Shown piece after piece: positions 8,618-16,859 of a stretch of 64,000 bases of DNA. Under the pieces are notes generated by a model. It worked only from the letters and a program-made list of their open reading frames with translations, had not been told where the DNA came from and ran no database searches. Each line of letters starts with the position of its first letter. Position 1 is the first letter of the stretch. The DNA comes from a virus. Lineage: Duplodnaviria; Heunggongvirae; Uroviricota; Caudoviricetes. The stretch covers positions 1 to 64,000 of IMG/VR virus record IMGVR_UViG_2936390555_000003; one strand, 5' to 3'. The position numbers were made by a program, and so were the translations under genes.

Positions 8618-9020
8618 CAGGCTTCATCTTGTCTTACCGCTGGTTCCAAGTGTGAACAGTATGTACATGACCACCAAGTACGGTGGTCGTGTGCGTACTA
8701 AGAAGGCAAGGGACTGGTTCGATGAGGCAGAGAGGATTACCAAGCTGGCAATAGTTGAGCAGGGATGGCAGCCTACTATTGGTGAAAAGGTTGTTCTTGA
8801 AATCATGACATACTTTCCTGACCGCAGGAAGCGTGATGTGAACAATAGCTCCAAGGCCCTCTGTGATATGCTTGAGCACGCGAGGGTGTATGACAATGAT
8901 AGGTATGCGCTCCCACGGTATATTGATTATGCAATTGACCGCGAGCATCCGAGGACAGAAGTGGTTGTGCGTAGGTTCGGGGAGGGAGACGAATGGAAGA
9001 CGATGATTCCCCATGCGTGA
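8595..9020 (+). CDS. rusA: RusA-family Holliday-junction resolvase
   Basis: PLVPSVNSMY (RusA PPSVN motif). Acidic catalytic residues DMLEHARVYDNDRY. 141 aa. Confidence 0.8.
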   Translation: MQRKSLADRLHLVLPLVPSVNSMYMTTKYGGRVRTKKARDWFDEAERITKLAIVEQGWQPTIGEKVVLEIMTYFPDRRKRDVNNSSKALCDMLEHARVYDNDRYALPRYIDYAIDREHPRTEVVVRRFGEGDEWKTMIPHA

Positions 9021-9124
9021 ACTGTATCAATAAGTGTGATGCGTGGGAGGCAGAGTATTGTTGCTTGTTATGTGAGTATCTTGGTGGTGGCAATTGTGAT
9101 GATTGTGACCCGATGGAAATCTGA
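8993..9124 (+). CDS. 43-aa Cys-rich mini-protein (10 Cys; zinc-ribbon-like), tentative
   Basis: Strong RBS GGGGAGGGAGACGA before ATG 8993. Translates to MEDDDSPCVNCINKCDAWEAEYCCLLCEYLGGGNCDDCDPMEI. Overlaps the rusA 3' end by 28 nt. Followed directly by the RBS of the next gene. Confidence 0.35.
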   Translation: MEDDDSPCVNCINKCDAWEAEYCCLLCEYLGGGNCDDCDPMEI

Positions 9125-9135
9125 GGAGGAATTGT

Positions 9136-9333
9136 ATGTTCTATGAAAGCATGATAAAACTGAAAAAGAAGAACATCGAGGCCGTAATTAAAATCCCGTT
9201 TGATACCAGGGATGAAGCGTTGGTTGGGTTCAATAGGTTACTTGATATGCTTGATGAAAGCCACGATGATACCTTGAAGGTATTGAATAGCTTTGCTGGC
9301 AATGGTGTTAAGGAGGAGTCGCATGTTTTATGA
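9136..9333 (+). CDS. hypothetical protein (65 aa)
   Basis: RBS CTGAGGAGGAATTG before ATG 9136. Confidence 0.5.
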   Translation: MFYESMIKLKKKNIEAVIKIPFDTRDEALVGFNRLLDMLDESHDDTLKVLNSFAGNGVKEESHVL

Positions 9334-10100
9334 CAATGAAATCTCCATGGGTATAATGGAGAAGAAGTATTTACAGCCAGGGGAAACCCCAGAGCAGTGG
9401 CTGGACAGGGTGGTGTCCATATTCTCCCCTGATTTGCAGGATGATATAAGGTATGCCATTAGTCAGGCTGACTTCTTGCCAGCAGGGAGAACCTTGGCTG
9501 GCGCAGGACTCAAGGGAAAGCGTAAGATGAGTACGTCTAACTGCTATATTTGTCCTTCACCAAAGGATAACATCGAATCCATATTTGATACAGCGAAAAT
9601 GGTTGCTCGCATCAGTAGCTATGGTGGTGGCTGTGGGATAGCATTGGATAACTTGAGACCGAAGGATGCACTGGTAAACAATAGTGCAAGAACATCAACG
9701 GGTGCCGTGAGCTTCCTGAATCTCTTTGATACGACAGGCTCAATTATTGGCCAGGCTGGAAGACGTGCAGCTTTGATGGTTGGTTTACGCTGTGACCATC
9801 CTGACATTTATGAGTTCCTTCGTGTCAAGGAGAATAACGAAAAACTTGCTTCCATGAACATCAGTATTAAATTCACTAATGAATTTATGGAGGCGGTGCG
9901 TGACCATAAGAAATTCCATCTTCACTTTGAATCCGTGCATGAAAACATTGAGCGTGACATTGATGCCGCTGAATTTTTTGAGGAATTCTGCAAGGTCAAT
10001 GCTGACTGGGGAGACCCAGGGTGCATCTTCATCGACAGGGTAAGGAGCTACCACTTGCTCAGTGGTTATCCTGAGTATCAGATTGATATATCCAATCCGT
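9323..10100 (+). CDS. nrdJ: class II (adenosylcobalamin-type) ribonucleotide reductase NrdJ, exon 1
   Basis: RBS AAGGAGGAG before ATG 9323. RNR motifs SYGGGCGIALDNLRP and GQAGRRAALMVGL. Exon ends ...ISNP + T at 10100, where the listed ORF hits the first intron codon TAA. Confidence 0.8.
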
Positions 10101-10309
10101 AAAGTGTATGCGGCGTTGCATGGTAACATGCAAATGAAAATCCCCTCTGAATAACTTGGAAGCCCTAACGTAAAGCCGAGGGTGACAGGGAGCAAGGGTA
10201 ATGCCAGCTTGAGAGAAGTAAGCGAGGGGACATCCCATGTGGATGGTGCGGTACTCCAGACGACAAACACTGTTATACCAGGTGTGCTATGGAAACATAG
10301 TGTCGTAGG
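10101..10309 (+). ncRNA. ORF-less group I self-splicing intron interrupting nrdJ at the NPC(thiyl-Cys) codon
   Basis: Exon 1 ends ...AAUCCGU with U before the splice site. The internal guide GCGG (10110-10113) pairs with CCGU (G·U at the splice site). P2 hairpin TTGCATG-GTAA-CATGCAA. P3-like pairing CCCCTC(10143-48)/GAGGGG(10225-30). Terminal G at 10309. Splicing T|GT restores the Cys codon and the frame (NPCAEYYGIGGNSCNLGSINL). Confidence 0.6.
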
Positions 10310-11724
10310 GTGCAGAATATTATGGTATAGGTGGTAACAGCTGCAACCTTGGTTCCATCAATCTTTATAACATGATTGATGACAAGTTCACTCGCGAAGC
10401 GCATGTGAACTATGAACGCTTGGGAACTGTCGTAAACATTGCTGTTCAGGCACTCGATGAAATCCTTACTTATGGCTATGGTATGCAGCCATTAGATCTG
10501 AATCGCAAGGTCATTGATGACTGGCGCAGCATAGGACTTGGTATCTTCGGTCTTGCGGATGCACTGGTTGCTATGGGTATACGTTATGGCAGCAAGGAGT
10601 CAATTGAATTTGTCTCTGATGTCATGGAACACATCATGCTCTATGCCTTGGAAACATCATCAGACCTGGCTCATCACTATGGCTCATTCAGAAAGTATGA
10701 TTTCGAGAAGATTTGCGAGTCTCAGATAATCAAAGCTTTCCCTTACATGAGGGATAAAATAGAAATGGATGGGCTCCGTAATGGCTCACTGATTTCCATC
10801 GCTCCAACAGGCACTATTTCCCTGTTTGCCGGGCGGTTCACTGGTGGTGTGGAGCCTATGTATCAGGTGGCATACGAGAGAACCTCCCATTCCACTGAGG
10901 ACGAAGGAAAGACCTTCTTTGTCTATGCTCGTGGCGTGGAAGACCTCCTGAAATTCCATGGGATTGACCCTCAGAAAATCACGGTGGACGAGATTAAGGC
11001 ACGGTTCCCATTTGTTATTGAGTCTCATGAGGTGCCATGGAAAGAGCGTGTGGCTCTCCAGGGTGTAATGCAGGATTACGTTGACAACTCCATCAGCTCC
11101 ACGGTAAACCTGCCTAACAGTGCAACATGGGAAGATATTCGTGACATCTACATGTTTGCATGGGAGCAGGGGCTCAAGGGAATAACCGTGTTCCGTGATG
11201 GGTGCAAGCGTGGCAATATCCTTGGCGTATCTAAGGATGAGCCAGTTGAGTCAATGTATAACATGGTTGAACCGCTGAAGCGTGGCAGTACCTATCGCGT
11301 TGATGGCTCCACATTCAAACAGCGGACAGCCTGTGTTCCTTCCATGTATGTCACGGTGAACAAGTCAGACACAGGCGACCTCATGGAGGTATTCACTAAT
11401 GCCAGCGGTGGTTGTCAGGCCAACATTAATACCATTACTCGCCTGGTTTCCCTTTTACTACGCGCTGGTGTCAAGCGTGACATTGTAATCGAGGAGCTTC
11501 GTGAGAATCAGTGTCCTGCATGTCAGGCTCTTAGAAGGCAGGGAAAATCCCTTTCCCTGAGCTGCGGTAATGCCATTGCAGATGCCATGACAGCCATGCT
11601 GGACGATGAATCTACCGTGGAGCATGATGGCTACCTGGTATGCCCTGAGTGTGGCAAGCATACCCTTAGACCAGAGGGTAAATGCTTTACATGCAGTAAC
11701 TGTGGCTACAGCAAATGTGATTGA
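10310..11724 (+). CDS. nrdJ: NrdJ exon 2
   Basis: In-frame continuation CAEYYGIGGNSCNLGSINLYNM..., with the same C-x10-CNLGSINL spacing as NrdJ active-site loops. C-terminal zinc ribbon CPECGK...CFTCSNCGYSKC. Confidence 0.8.
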
Positions 11725-11734
11725 GGTGATTTGA

Positions 11735-11905
11735 TGGGACATGTTTATAACCTAGGATTAAATGTAGCATGTGACGTTTCCGTGTATGCGGAGAACGCCA
11801 GTGAAGCCAAGGAGCAGGCAGTGAGCCAGGTTGAAAGTGGCTTGGTAGACCTTGGGTTCGATAATCCCGATGCTGATGTGGTGAGCATTGAAGCAGACGA
11901 TTGAA
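11735..11905 (+). CDS. hypothetical small protein (56 aa), tentative
   Basis: ATG 11735 lies 8 nt after the nrdJ stop. Weak RBS (GAGGTGATTTG). Confidence 0.3.
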
Positions 11906-12178
11906 GAACGCATCAAAGCACTGCGACTACAAATCATGATTCATAGCATTATCTATTATGAAATGGATAACAATATAATCAGTGATGCTGAGTGGTCAAA
12001 GCGTGCTATGGAACTCGTGGAATTGCAGAGGAAATACCCCTCTGTATCCACGGTGTTCGATGAAGCGTTCAAAGATTTTGATGGTAGCACTGGTTTCCAT
12101 TTGCTGCGCTATGCAGACGATAGAGCCAGGGGCAAAGCGAAATATTTGTTAAGAATAGAAGGGAAGTTAAGAGAATGA
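11888..12178 (+). CDS. hypothetical protein; N-terminal helical pattern faintly resembles NAD-ligase domain Ia (tentative)
   Basis: Alternative (TTG) start in the ORF track. Pattern I..L...I..H...YY..D...ISDAEW..L..EL..L. Translationally coupled (ATGA overlap) to the ThyX-like gene. Confidence 0.4.
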   Translation: MKQTIEERIKALRLQIMIHSIIYYEMDNNIISDAEWSKRAMELVELQRKYPSVSTVFDEAFKDFDGSTGFHLLRYADDRARGKAKYLLRIEGKLRE

Positions 12179-12729
12179 TTAAGACATTAGGCGTATATAA
12201 TCTTGAGGAAGCACTCGCATCCGCTGGACTTCCGATGTGCTTGCATATTGATGCGTTAAAAGCATCGGAGGGCAGGGGAAAGAAGCTTGGTCATGCCCCT
12301 GTCGGCAGTGGTCACGATAAGTTCCTTCGCGGTATCATGGTGAGCTTCAGGATACAGGCTCCACGGTATTTCTACCAGCAGCTTGATACCTACCATTTTG
12401 TTGAGAGCGTAAGCAGTCAGTCCACCATGCATTGCGTTGATGAGTTCAATCTGAATACAATGCTTGCCCCGGCTACTGACCAGATAATTGCAACGAGATT
12501 CAAGCAGCTGGTTCAGATGTACAAGGATGGCAGGATTCCATTGTCCGTGGTAAAGGCATCGCTTCCGGAGGGGCTCATGCTTTACCGTGACTGCGTGACC
12601 AATTATCAGCAGTTGAAAACCATTTACAAGCAGCGCAGGAATCACAGGCTCACTGAGTGGCAGGAGTTCTGTGATTGGATTGAGACTTTACCTATGTTTA
12701 AGGAGTTGGTATTAGATGAAATTGGGTGA
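12175..12729 (+). CDS. divergent ThyX-like (flavin-dependent thymidylate synthase fold) protein lacking the canonical RHR / S-x-R-Y residues
   Basis: Aligns by eye to the ThyX core: VSFRIQAPRYFYQQLDTYHFVESVSSQSTMH versus [31 protein letters not shown]. The C-terminal block also aligns (GRIPLSVVKASLPEGLMLYRDCVTNYQQLKTIYKQRRNHRLTEWQ versus ThyX [43 protein letters not shown]). Nucleotide-metabolism context between nrdJ and dut. Confidence 0.5.
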   Translation: MIKTLGVYNLEEALASAGLPMCLHIDALKASEGRGKKLGHAPVGSGHDKFLRGIMVSFRIQAPRYFYQQLDTYHFVESVSSQSTMHCVDEFNLNTMLAPATDQIIATRFKQLVQMYKDGRIPLSVVKASLPEGLMLYRDCVTNYQQLKTIYKQRRNHRLTEWQEFCDWIETLPMFKELVLDEIG

Positions 12730-13273
12730 TTATGTAGAGGTTACTAATGGAGATTTCGCAGGGAAGCAGGGGTGTGTTACTGCTATCGAAAGCAATAACA
12801 TGGTCCGCATTGATGACAAGTATTGGTTCGTTGCTGAAGATGTGAAGCCAATTGCTCCCATTGTTGAAGTGAAATACTTCGATAAGCGTTGCAAGCTTGA
12901 GCAAAATGGTGATTGGATTGACCTCAAGGCAGCAAAGGATTTCCATTATCATGCAGGGGATGCCCTCATGATACCGCTGGGAGTGGCAATGAAACTTCCA
13001 AAGGGGTACGAAGCTCACATGCTTCCGCGTTCCAGCACATTCAAGAGATATGGTATTATCATGACCAACTCCATGGGTATTATTGATGAAGCATACTGTG
13101 GCGATGATGACCAGTGGCATTTCCCTGCGTGGGCATTGCGTGAAGGTCGCATCAAAGCCGGTTCCAGGATTGCACAGTTCCGCGTGGTAAAGCACCAGCC
13201 AGCATTGCATTTTGCTGAGACTTCAAGGCTTGGGTATAAGAACCGCGGTGGCTTTGGGAGCACTGGCAAATGA
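12716..13273 (+). CDS. dut: dUTP diphosphatase with ~55-aa N-terminal SH3/KOW-like extension
   Basis: Trimeric dUTPase motifs AGDAL (I), PRSSTFKRYG (II), GIIDEAYCGD (III), GSRIAQF (IV), NRGGFGSTGK (V). The N-terminal KLGDYVEVTNGDFAGKQGCVTAIE resembles the GD-V-L repeat of the minus-strand paralog family. RBS AAGGAG upstream. Confidence 0.85.
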   Translation: MKLGDYVEVTNGDFAGKQGCVTAIESNNMVRIDDKYWFVAEDVKPIAPIVEVKYFDKRCKLEQNGDWIDLKAAKDFHYHAGDALMIPLGVAMKLPKGYEAHMLPRSSTFKRYGIIMTNSMGIIDEAYCGDDDQWHFPAWALREGRIKAGSRIAQFRVVKHQPALHFAETSRLGYKNRGGFGSTGK

Positions 13274-13560
13274 TTGTCCGTGTTCTCGTGGATTTGAATG
13301 ATGAGGGGTGGCTATACCTCCTCACCATTCAAACAGAGGATAAAGACAGGCTCTTTGAGTTATTGAAAGAGCATAGCCATGATGTAAGATTCATCGAAGA
13401 AAAAGAGGAGCCTTCCAAGAGGGACACAGGTGACCGCAAACTAGACGATGGAAGCATTGTCCTGCGTTGCCAGTCCTTTGGAGACAAGGTTGGTGCAATG
13501 TACGCCTTTGGCAAGAGCCAGGGCAAAATGTGCACCATAGAAAAGGCGGTGGCAGTATGA
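13270..13560 (+). CDS. hypothetical protein (96 aa)
   Basis: ATG overlaps the dut stop (ATGA). Operon context. Confidence 0.55.
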   Translation: MIVRVLVDLNDEGWLYLLTIQTEDKDRLFELLKEHSHDVRFIEEKEEPSKRDTGDRKLDDGSIVLRCQSFGDKVGAMYAFGKSQGKMCTIEKAVAV

Positions 13561-13958
13561 AAGATACCATTGCCCAGTTCATGGATGACTATAATACCGG
13601 CAAGATTTCCTTGGTAGACCTGCAACGCAGATTGGCATTTGACCAGTGGAAGCAAGACAGTAAATATACTAGACTAATAGAGTACGTTCCTAACATGAGA
13701 TGCCCGGAAGACATCGTACTCGCCAAGTATGATTACTTGGAACTCTATAGCTGTCTTATGAAGCTAAGGCACCGCGTATCCAGTACCACTTGGAAAATCC
13801 TGTGCATGGTTGCATACGGATATACCCAGGAACATATCGGTCAACGGTTGAACTTAGGTCAGCCAGCGATAAGCAAACGAATAAGCAGGGTTCTTCCCAT
13901 AGCTGAAAGGTTAAACTTGAAAGCACTGCTTCACGCGGTAATTGCATGGAAGCAATAA
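13557..13958 (+). CDS. ArpU-family phage late transcriptional regulator (sigma-70 region-4-like HTH)
   Basis: Internal ATG 13557 overlapping the upstream stop. HTH TWKILCMVAYGYTQEHIGQRLNLGQPAISKRISRV. Last gene of the early operon, followed by terminators. Confidence 0.55.
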   Translation: MKDTIAQFMDDYNTGKISLVDLQRRLAFDQWKQDSKYTRLIEYVPNMRCPEDIVLAKYDYLELYSCLMKLRHRVSSTTWKILCMVAYGYTQEHIGQRLNLGQPAISKRISRVLPIAERLNLKALLHAVIAWKQ

Positions 13959-14035
13959 AAAAGGGGGAGCATTAAAACACTTGCTTTTAGTATAACTGTG
14001 TGATATTATATAGGCAAAGATAAGGTAAGAAATGT

Positions 14036-14125
14036 CGTAGAGCCACGACGTTATAAAGAAAGCTCACTGAGAAGATGGGTCGTAGAGCCACGACCGGCAC
14101 AAAAGAAAGCTCACTGAGAAGAACC
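14036..14125. repeat. imperfect tandem direct repeat, 2 x ~45 bp (CGTAGAGCCACGAC...AAAGAAAGCTCACTGAGAAGA)
   Basis: Unit 1 is 14036-14080, unit 2 is 14081-14125. Lies between the early operon and the terminators. Confidence 0.6.
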
Positions 14126-14152
14126 CTCTTTTGAGGGCTTTTCTTGTTTTTG
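14122..14152 (+). terminator. rho-independent terminator (CCCTC-TTTT-GAGGG + U-run)
   Basis: GC stem 14124-14137 followed by CTTTTCTTGTTTTT. Confidence 0.6.
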
Positions 14153-14172
14153 GGAGTAATTATGCATTAATC

Positions 14173-14218
14173 AACCCTCTCTAATCTCTGCAAAAGAGAA
14201 AAGGGAGGGTTGTTTTTT
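14173..14218 (+). terminator. second rho-independent terminator (AACCCTC...GAGGGTT + TTTTTT)
   Basis: Long imperfect hairpin 14173-14211 followed by GTTTTTT. Confidence 0.55.
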
Positions 14219-14233
14219 ATTATTGCATGTTGT

Positions 14234-14440
14234 CTATAACTCTGTCCCATCTAAACATACTTGCGGTTCGTTTTTGTAAGAACCGTCTATTCTTTTTCTG
14301 ATAATTCTTGCACTTCGTTCTTCGCCCGCTTCCTCATATGCCTCTGCTATGAAATTAGCATAGGATAAGAATTTAACTTCATCCCCTTCCATGTGAGCAG
14401 AGATAAGAATACCTATTGTTGTTGCATTTATTACCTTCAT
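14234..14440 (-). CDS. hypothetical protein (68 aa)
   Basis: Last gene of the minus-strand block. Confidence 0.45.
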   Translation of the reverse strand: MKVINATTIGILISAHMEGDEVKFLSYANFIAEAYEEAGEERSARIIRKRIDGSYKNEPQVCLDGTEL

Positions 14441-14461
14441 TTTGTCATATCCCCCCTTTTT

Positions 14462-15067
14462 TTATCTGCCTTCCATGAAATCCTCCATTTTCTGAAGGTC
14501 TCGCTCAAGCATACGCCTGTAATTCAAAAGCTCTTTCATTTCAAGTGCAGTAAAGCAATCTTCGTTATCTTTATATGGTTTTGTTGCGGCATCCTTTATG
14601 CCAACGAGCACATCGTACAGCAATTCTTCTTCACTGAGATACACTTGCCAGGCGCGATATATAGTAGCATTGGTTGAATCGAATGAGTCATAAACAATTC
14701 CATCAATACAGCACACTGTATGGTCAGTTATTTTGAGTTTATCATTATCTACTTTTACACCCAGCAAAAACCTTCCTTTAGGATGGTTTAATGCAAACTC
14801 CTTAACTGTTTCCTGTACATCAATCATTAATCTCACAGCCTTGTTGCTCAGATATACACCAATACATCTGGATTCATTAAACATTCTTGACATTTTTATA
14901 CCAAATTCACATAAGTTACGATATGCTTTATCATAAGATATATCAAATGCTAATGCTGTAGCGCGGATAGAACAATCCAGGGAAATGTTTTTCTTTGGAT
15001 TAACATTGAACTCGCAAAACACCTCGCCATCTTTTGGTTTCGGTAAATCATATAGCATAACAATCAC
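14462..15067 (-). CDS. hypothetical protein (201 aa)
   Basis: Long ORF, tightly packed in the minus-strand operon. Confidence 0.6.
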   Translation of the reverse strand: MIVMLYDLPKPKDGEVFCEFNVNPKKNISLDCSIRATALAFDISYDKAYRNLCEFGIKMSRMFNESRCIGVYLSNKAVRLMIDVQETVKEFALNHPKGRFLLGVKVDNDKLKITDHTVCCIDGIVYDSFDSTNATIYRAWQVYLSEEELLYDVLVGIKDAATKPYKDNEDCFTALEMKELLNYRRMLERDLQKMEDFMEGR

Positions 15068-15148
15068 TCCATTGTATCGTATTTCCAGTTTTCATTTTGT
15101 CATATTTACCATTTTATCACATTAGAAAAGCGTGGGGAATACCCACGC

Positions 15149-15613
15149 TTAAACAACTTTCAATGTACGGAATATCACGGAAGAATCATCGAACCTAATT
15201 GTGTCATCGAAGCTATCAGTAACCTTGTAGCACGTCATGATAAACATAATGTTGTCAACCATATCATTGTCATCAACGTCTTTGCTGACTCCATCTTTAA
15301 CAAAGCTAAGTAAGGTTTGCAGGTACACTCTTATAGCCTCTATATACTCATCTTTAACTTGCATACAAATAGATAAATCATCGCTATTATCAATTGTTGT
15401 TATTGCATACAACGTCTTGCACTCTTTATCCTCGCATGGAAGGTTGTACAGTCTAACACTCTTGTTTCCAAGCCTTGCCATTTTACCATCTGGAAAAACA
15501 TGCATATTCCATTTCTCAGCCCATTCGGTAAAAAGTTTCCTTGCAGTTTCCAGGCTGCACGTGACAGCCTGGTCTTCCATGTACAATCCATCTAAAGCAG
15601 TGACAATATACAT
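15149..15613 (-). CDS. hypothetical protein (154 aa)
   Basis: Operon context. Confidence 0.6.
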   Translation of the reverse strand: MYIVTALDGLYMEDQAVTCSLETARKLFTEWAEKWNMHVFPDGKMARLGNKSVRLYNLPCEDKECKTLYAITTIDNSDDLSICMQVKDEYIEAIRVYLQTLLSFVKDGVSKDVDDNDMVDNIMFIMTCYKVTDSFDDTIRFDDSSVIFRTLKVV

Positions 15614-15615
15614 GA

Positions 15616-16314
15616 TTACTCAGCCCCCTTCATGAAATCTGCGATAACCTTAATTTCCTCTGGCATCCGCTCATACGGTGGTAACTTTCCAGTCTCAGCA
15701 CAGTTGTCATACAGACTGATGATTTCTTTGACTGTCTTTTTGATGAGTGCATGGTACTTATTCGTGCCGAGCAAATCCAGGAGCTTGTCGCCATACTCAA
15801 CGATACCATCATGCACCCAGTAGAAATCCGTGAAATTATCCAATGGCTTACTATTGGAACCCATCTGCAGGATTTCCAGGGCTGACAGGTTATCAACCGC
15901 ACTATCGAAATGCTTGGCGGTGCAAATGAATCCATCGAACCCATGCCTATCAAGGTCAACCACTTCCAAGTCCAGGTACTTATCGATGACATCGAACTGA
16001 GCACTTGGTTTTGAGAACTCAATGCAAGTACACAGGATGTCAAACAGCTTATCCTGCTTATCGCCGGCCAGCTCAAATACAAGCGTGTGTCTCTCGAATA
16101 CGCATTTATATTCATGGAAGCCATCGAACCTCATGACCTTAGTAATGTCATATTCACCGAATGTTCTGTGATTCAGTGTATCATCATAATAATCATGAGA
16201 AAAATCATTGAGGCTAATGCCTATCTGCCTATCACAGGACACAACAGTATCACTTGCAACCACACAGGTGTCTCCATTTTTCAGCGTAATAATATCAGCA
16301 TTCTTGAATTCCAT
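15616..16314 (-). CDS. hypothetical acidic protein, GD-V-L repeat paralog family (one repeat)
   Basis: N-terminal MEFKNADIITLKNGDTCVVASDT...ISLNDF is paralogous to ORFs 16318..16752 and 17161..17646. Confidence 0.6.
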   Translation of the reverse strand: MEFKNADIITLKNGDTCVVASDTVVSCDRQIGISLNDFSHDYYDDTLNHRTFGEYDITKVMRFDGFHEYKCVFERHTLVFELAGDKQDKLFDILCTCIEFSKPSAQFDVIDKYLDLEVVDLDRHGFDGFICTAKHFDSAVDNLSALEILQMGSNSKPLDNFTDFYWVHDGIVEYGDKLLDLLGTNKYHALIKKTVKEIISLYDNCAETGKLPPYERMPEEIKVIADFMKGAE

Positions 16315-16317
16315 AGC

Positions 16318-16752
16318 TTATTCCTCCCCACCAAGCAATTCCATTTTCCCATCAATGAGCCTATAGTGCTCACATATATCCAGGTCTTCATCCCATGTGT
16401 TCATGTACCCCTCATACTCAGTGAGCTCAATCCACTGGCAGTCCTTGGGAAATATAATGCGATTACCGGCAATTACACCCCTGTCACCATCTTTGAGTAC
16501 AACAATGTCACCGCACTCAAGGGGCTCACCACGCTTGAACACAGTGGTGTAGCACTGCTCATAGCTTTCCTTTCTCTTGATTTCCATGATGTCCCACTCG
16601 ATGCAAATCTTGCATGTGCCATTATCCCTGAAATCCTCCAGGGAAATCCAGTCCCAGTCACCGCGCTCATCGATTCTTACGATGGCATCATCAGATACCA
16701 CGCCCTCAGTCTTGTCCCTGAATACAACTATGTCTTTCTGTAAGAATTCCAT
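16318..16752 (-). CDS. hypothetical acidic protein, GD-V-L repeat paralog family (two repeats)
   Basis: Repeats KDIVVFRDKTEGVVSDDAIV and CGDIVVLKDGDRGVIAGNRII. Begins MEF...ISLEDF like ORF 15616..16314. Confidence 0.6.
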   Translation of the reverse strand: MEFLQKDIVVFRDKTEGVVSDDAIVRIDERGDWDWISLEDFRDNGTCKICIEWDIMEIKRKESYEQCYTTVFKRGEPLECGDIVVLKDGDRGVIAGNRIIFPKDCQWIELTEYEGYMNTWDEDLDICEHYRLIDGKMELLGGEE

Positions 16753-16859
16753 GATTTTTACCTCCTAAAACTATAGATTAATCCCCATTTTTGAGGGGTA
16801 TTAATTGCCTGTCCATATAATTATATAGGCAAGCAATTTTACCCCTCGAAAAACAGGCT

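Noticed and set aside
8418-8627. 69-aa minus-strand ORF
   Set aside because: Fully overlapped by an RBS-supported + strand 59-aa ORF (8438-8617) in operon context. Pro/Arg-rich translation typical of antisense reads.
10101-10309. Intein or simple split nrdJa/nrdJb explanation for the interrupted RNR gene
   Set aside because: The interruption is not in frame: it carries stops in all frames over 209 nt, with no endonuclease or Hint motifs. The exon junction restores the catalytic Cys codon only by RNA splicing at U|...G|, with a matching P1 pairing.
12698-13210. 170-aa minus-strand ORF overlapping dut
   Set aside because: Antisense to a dUTPase carrying all five conserved motifs. No RBS.
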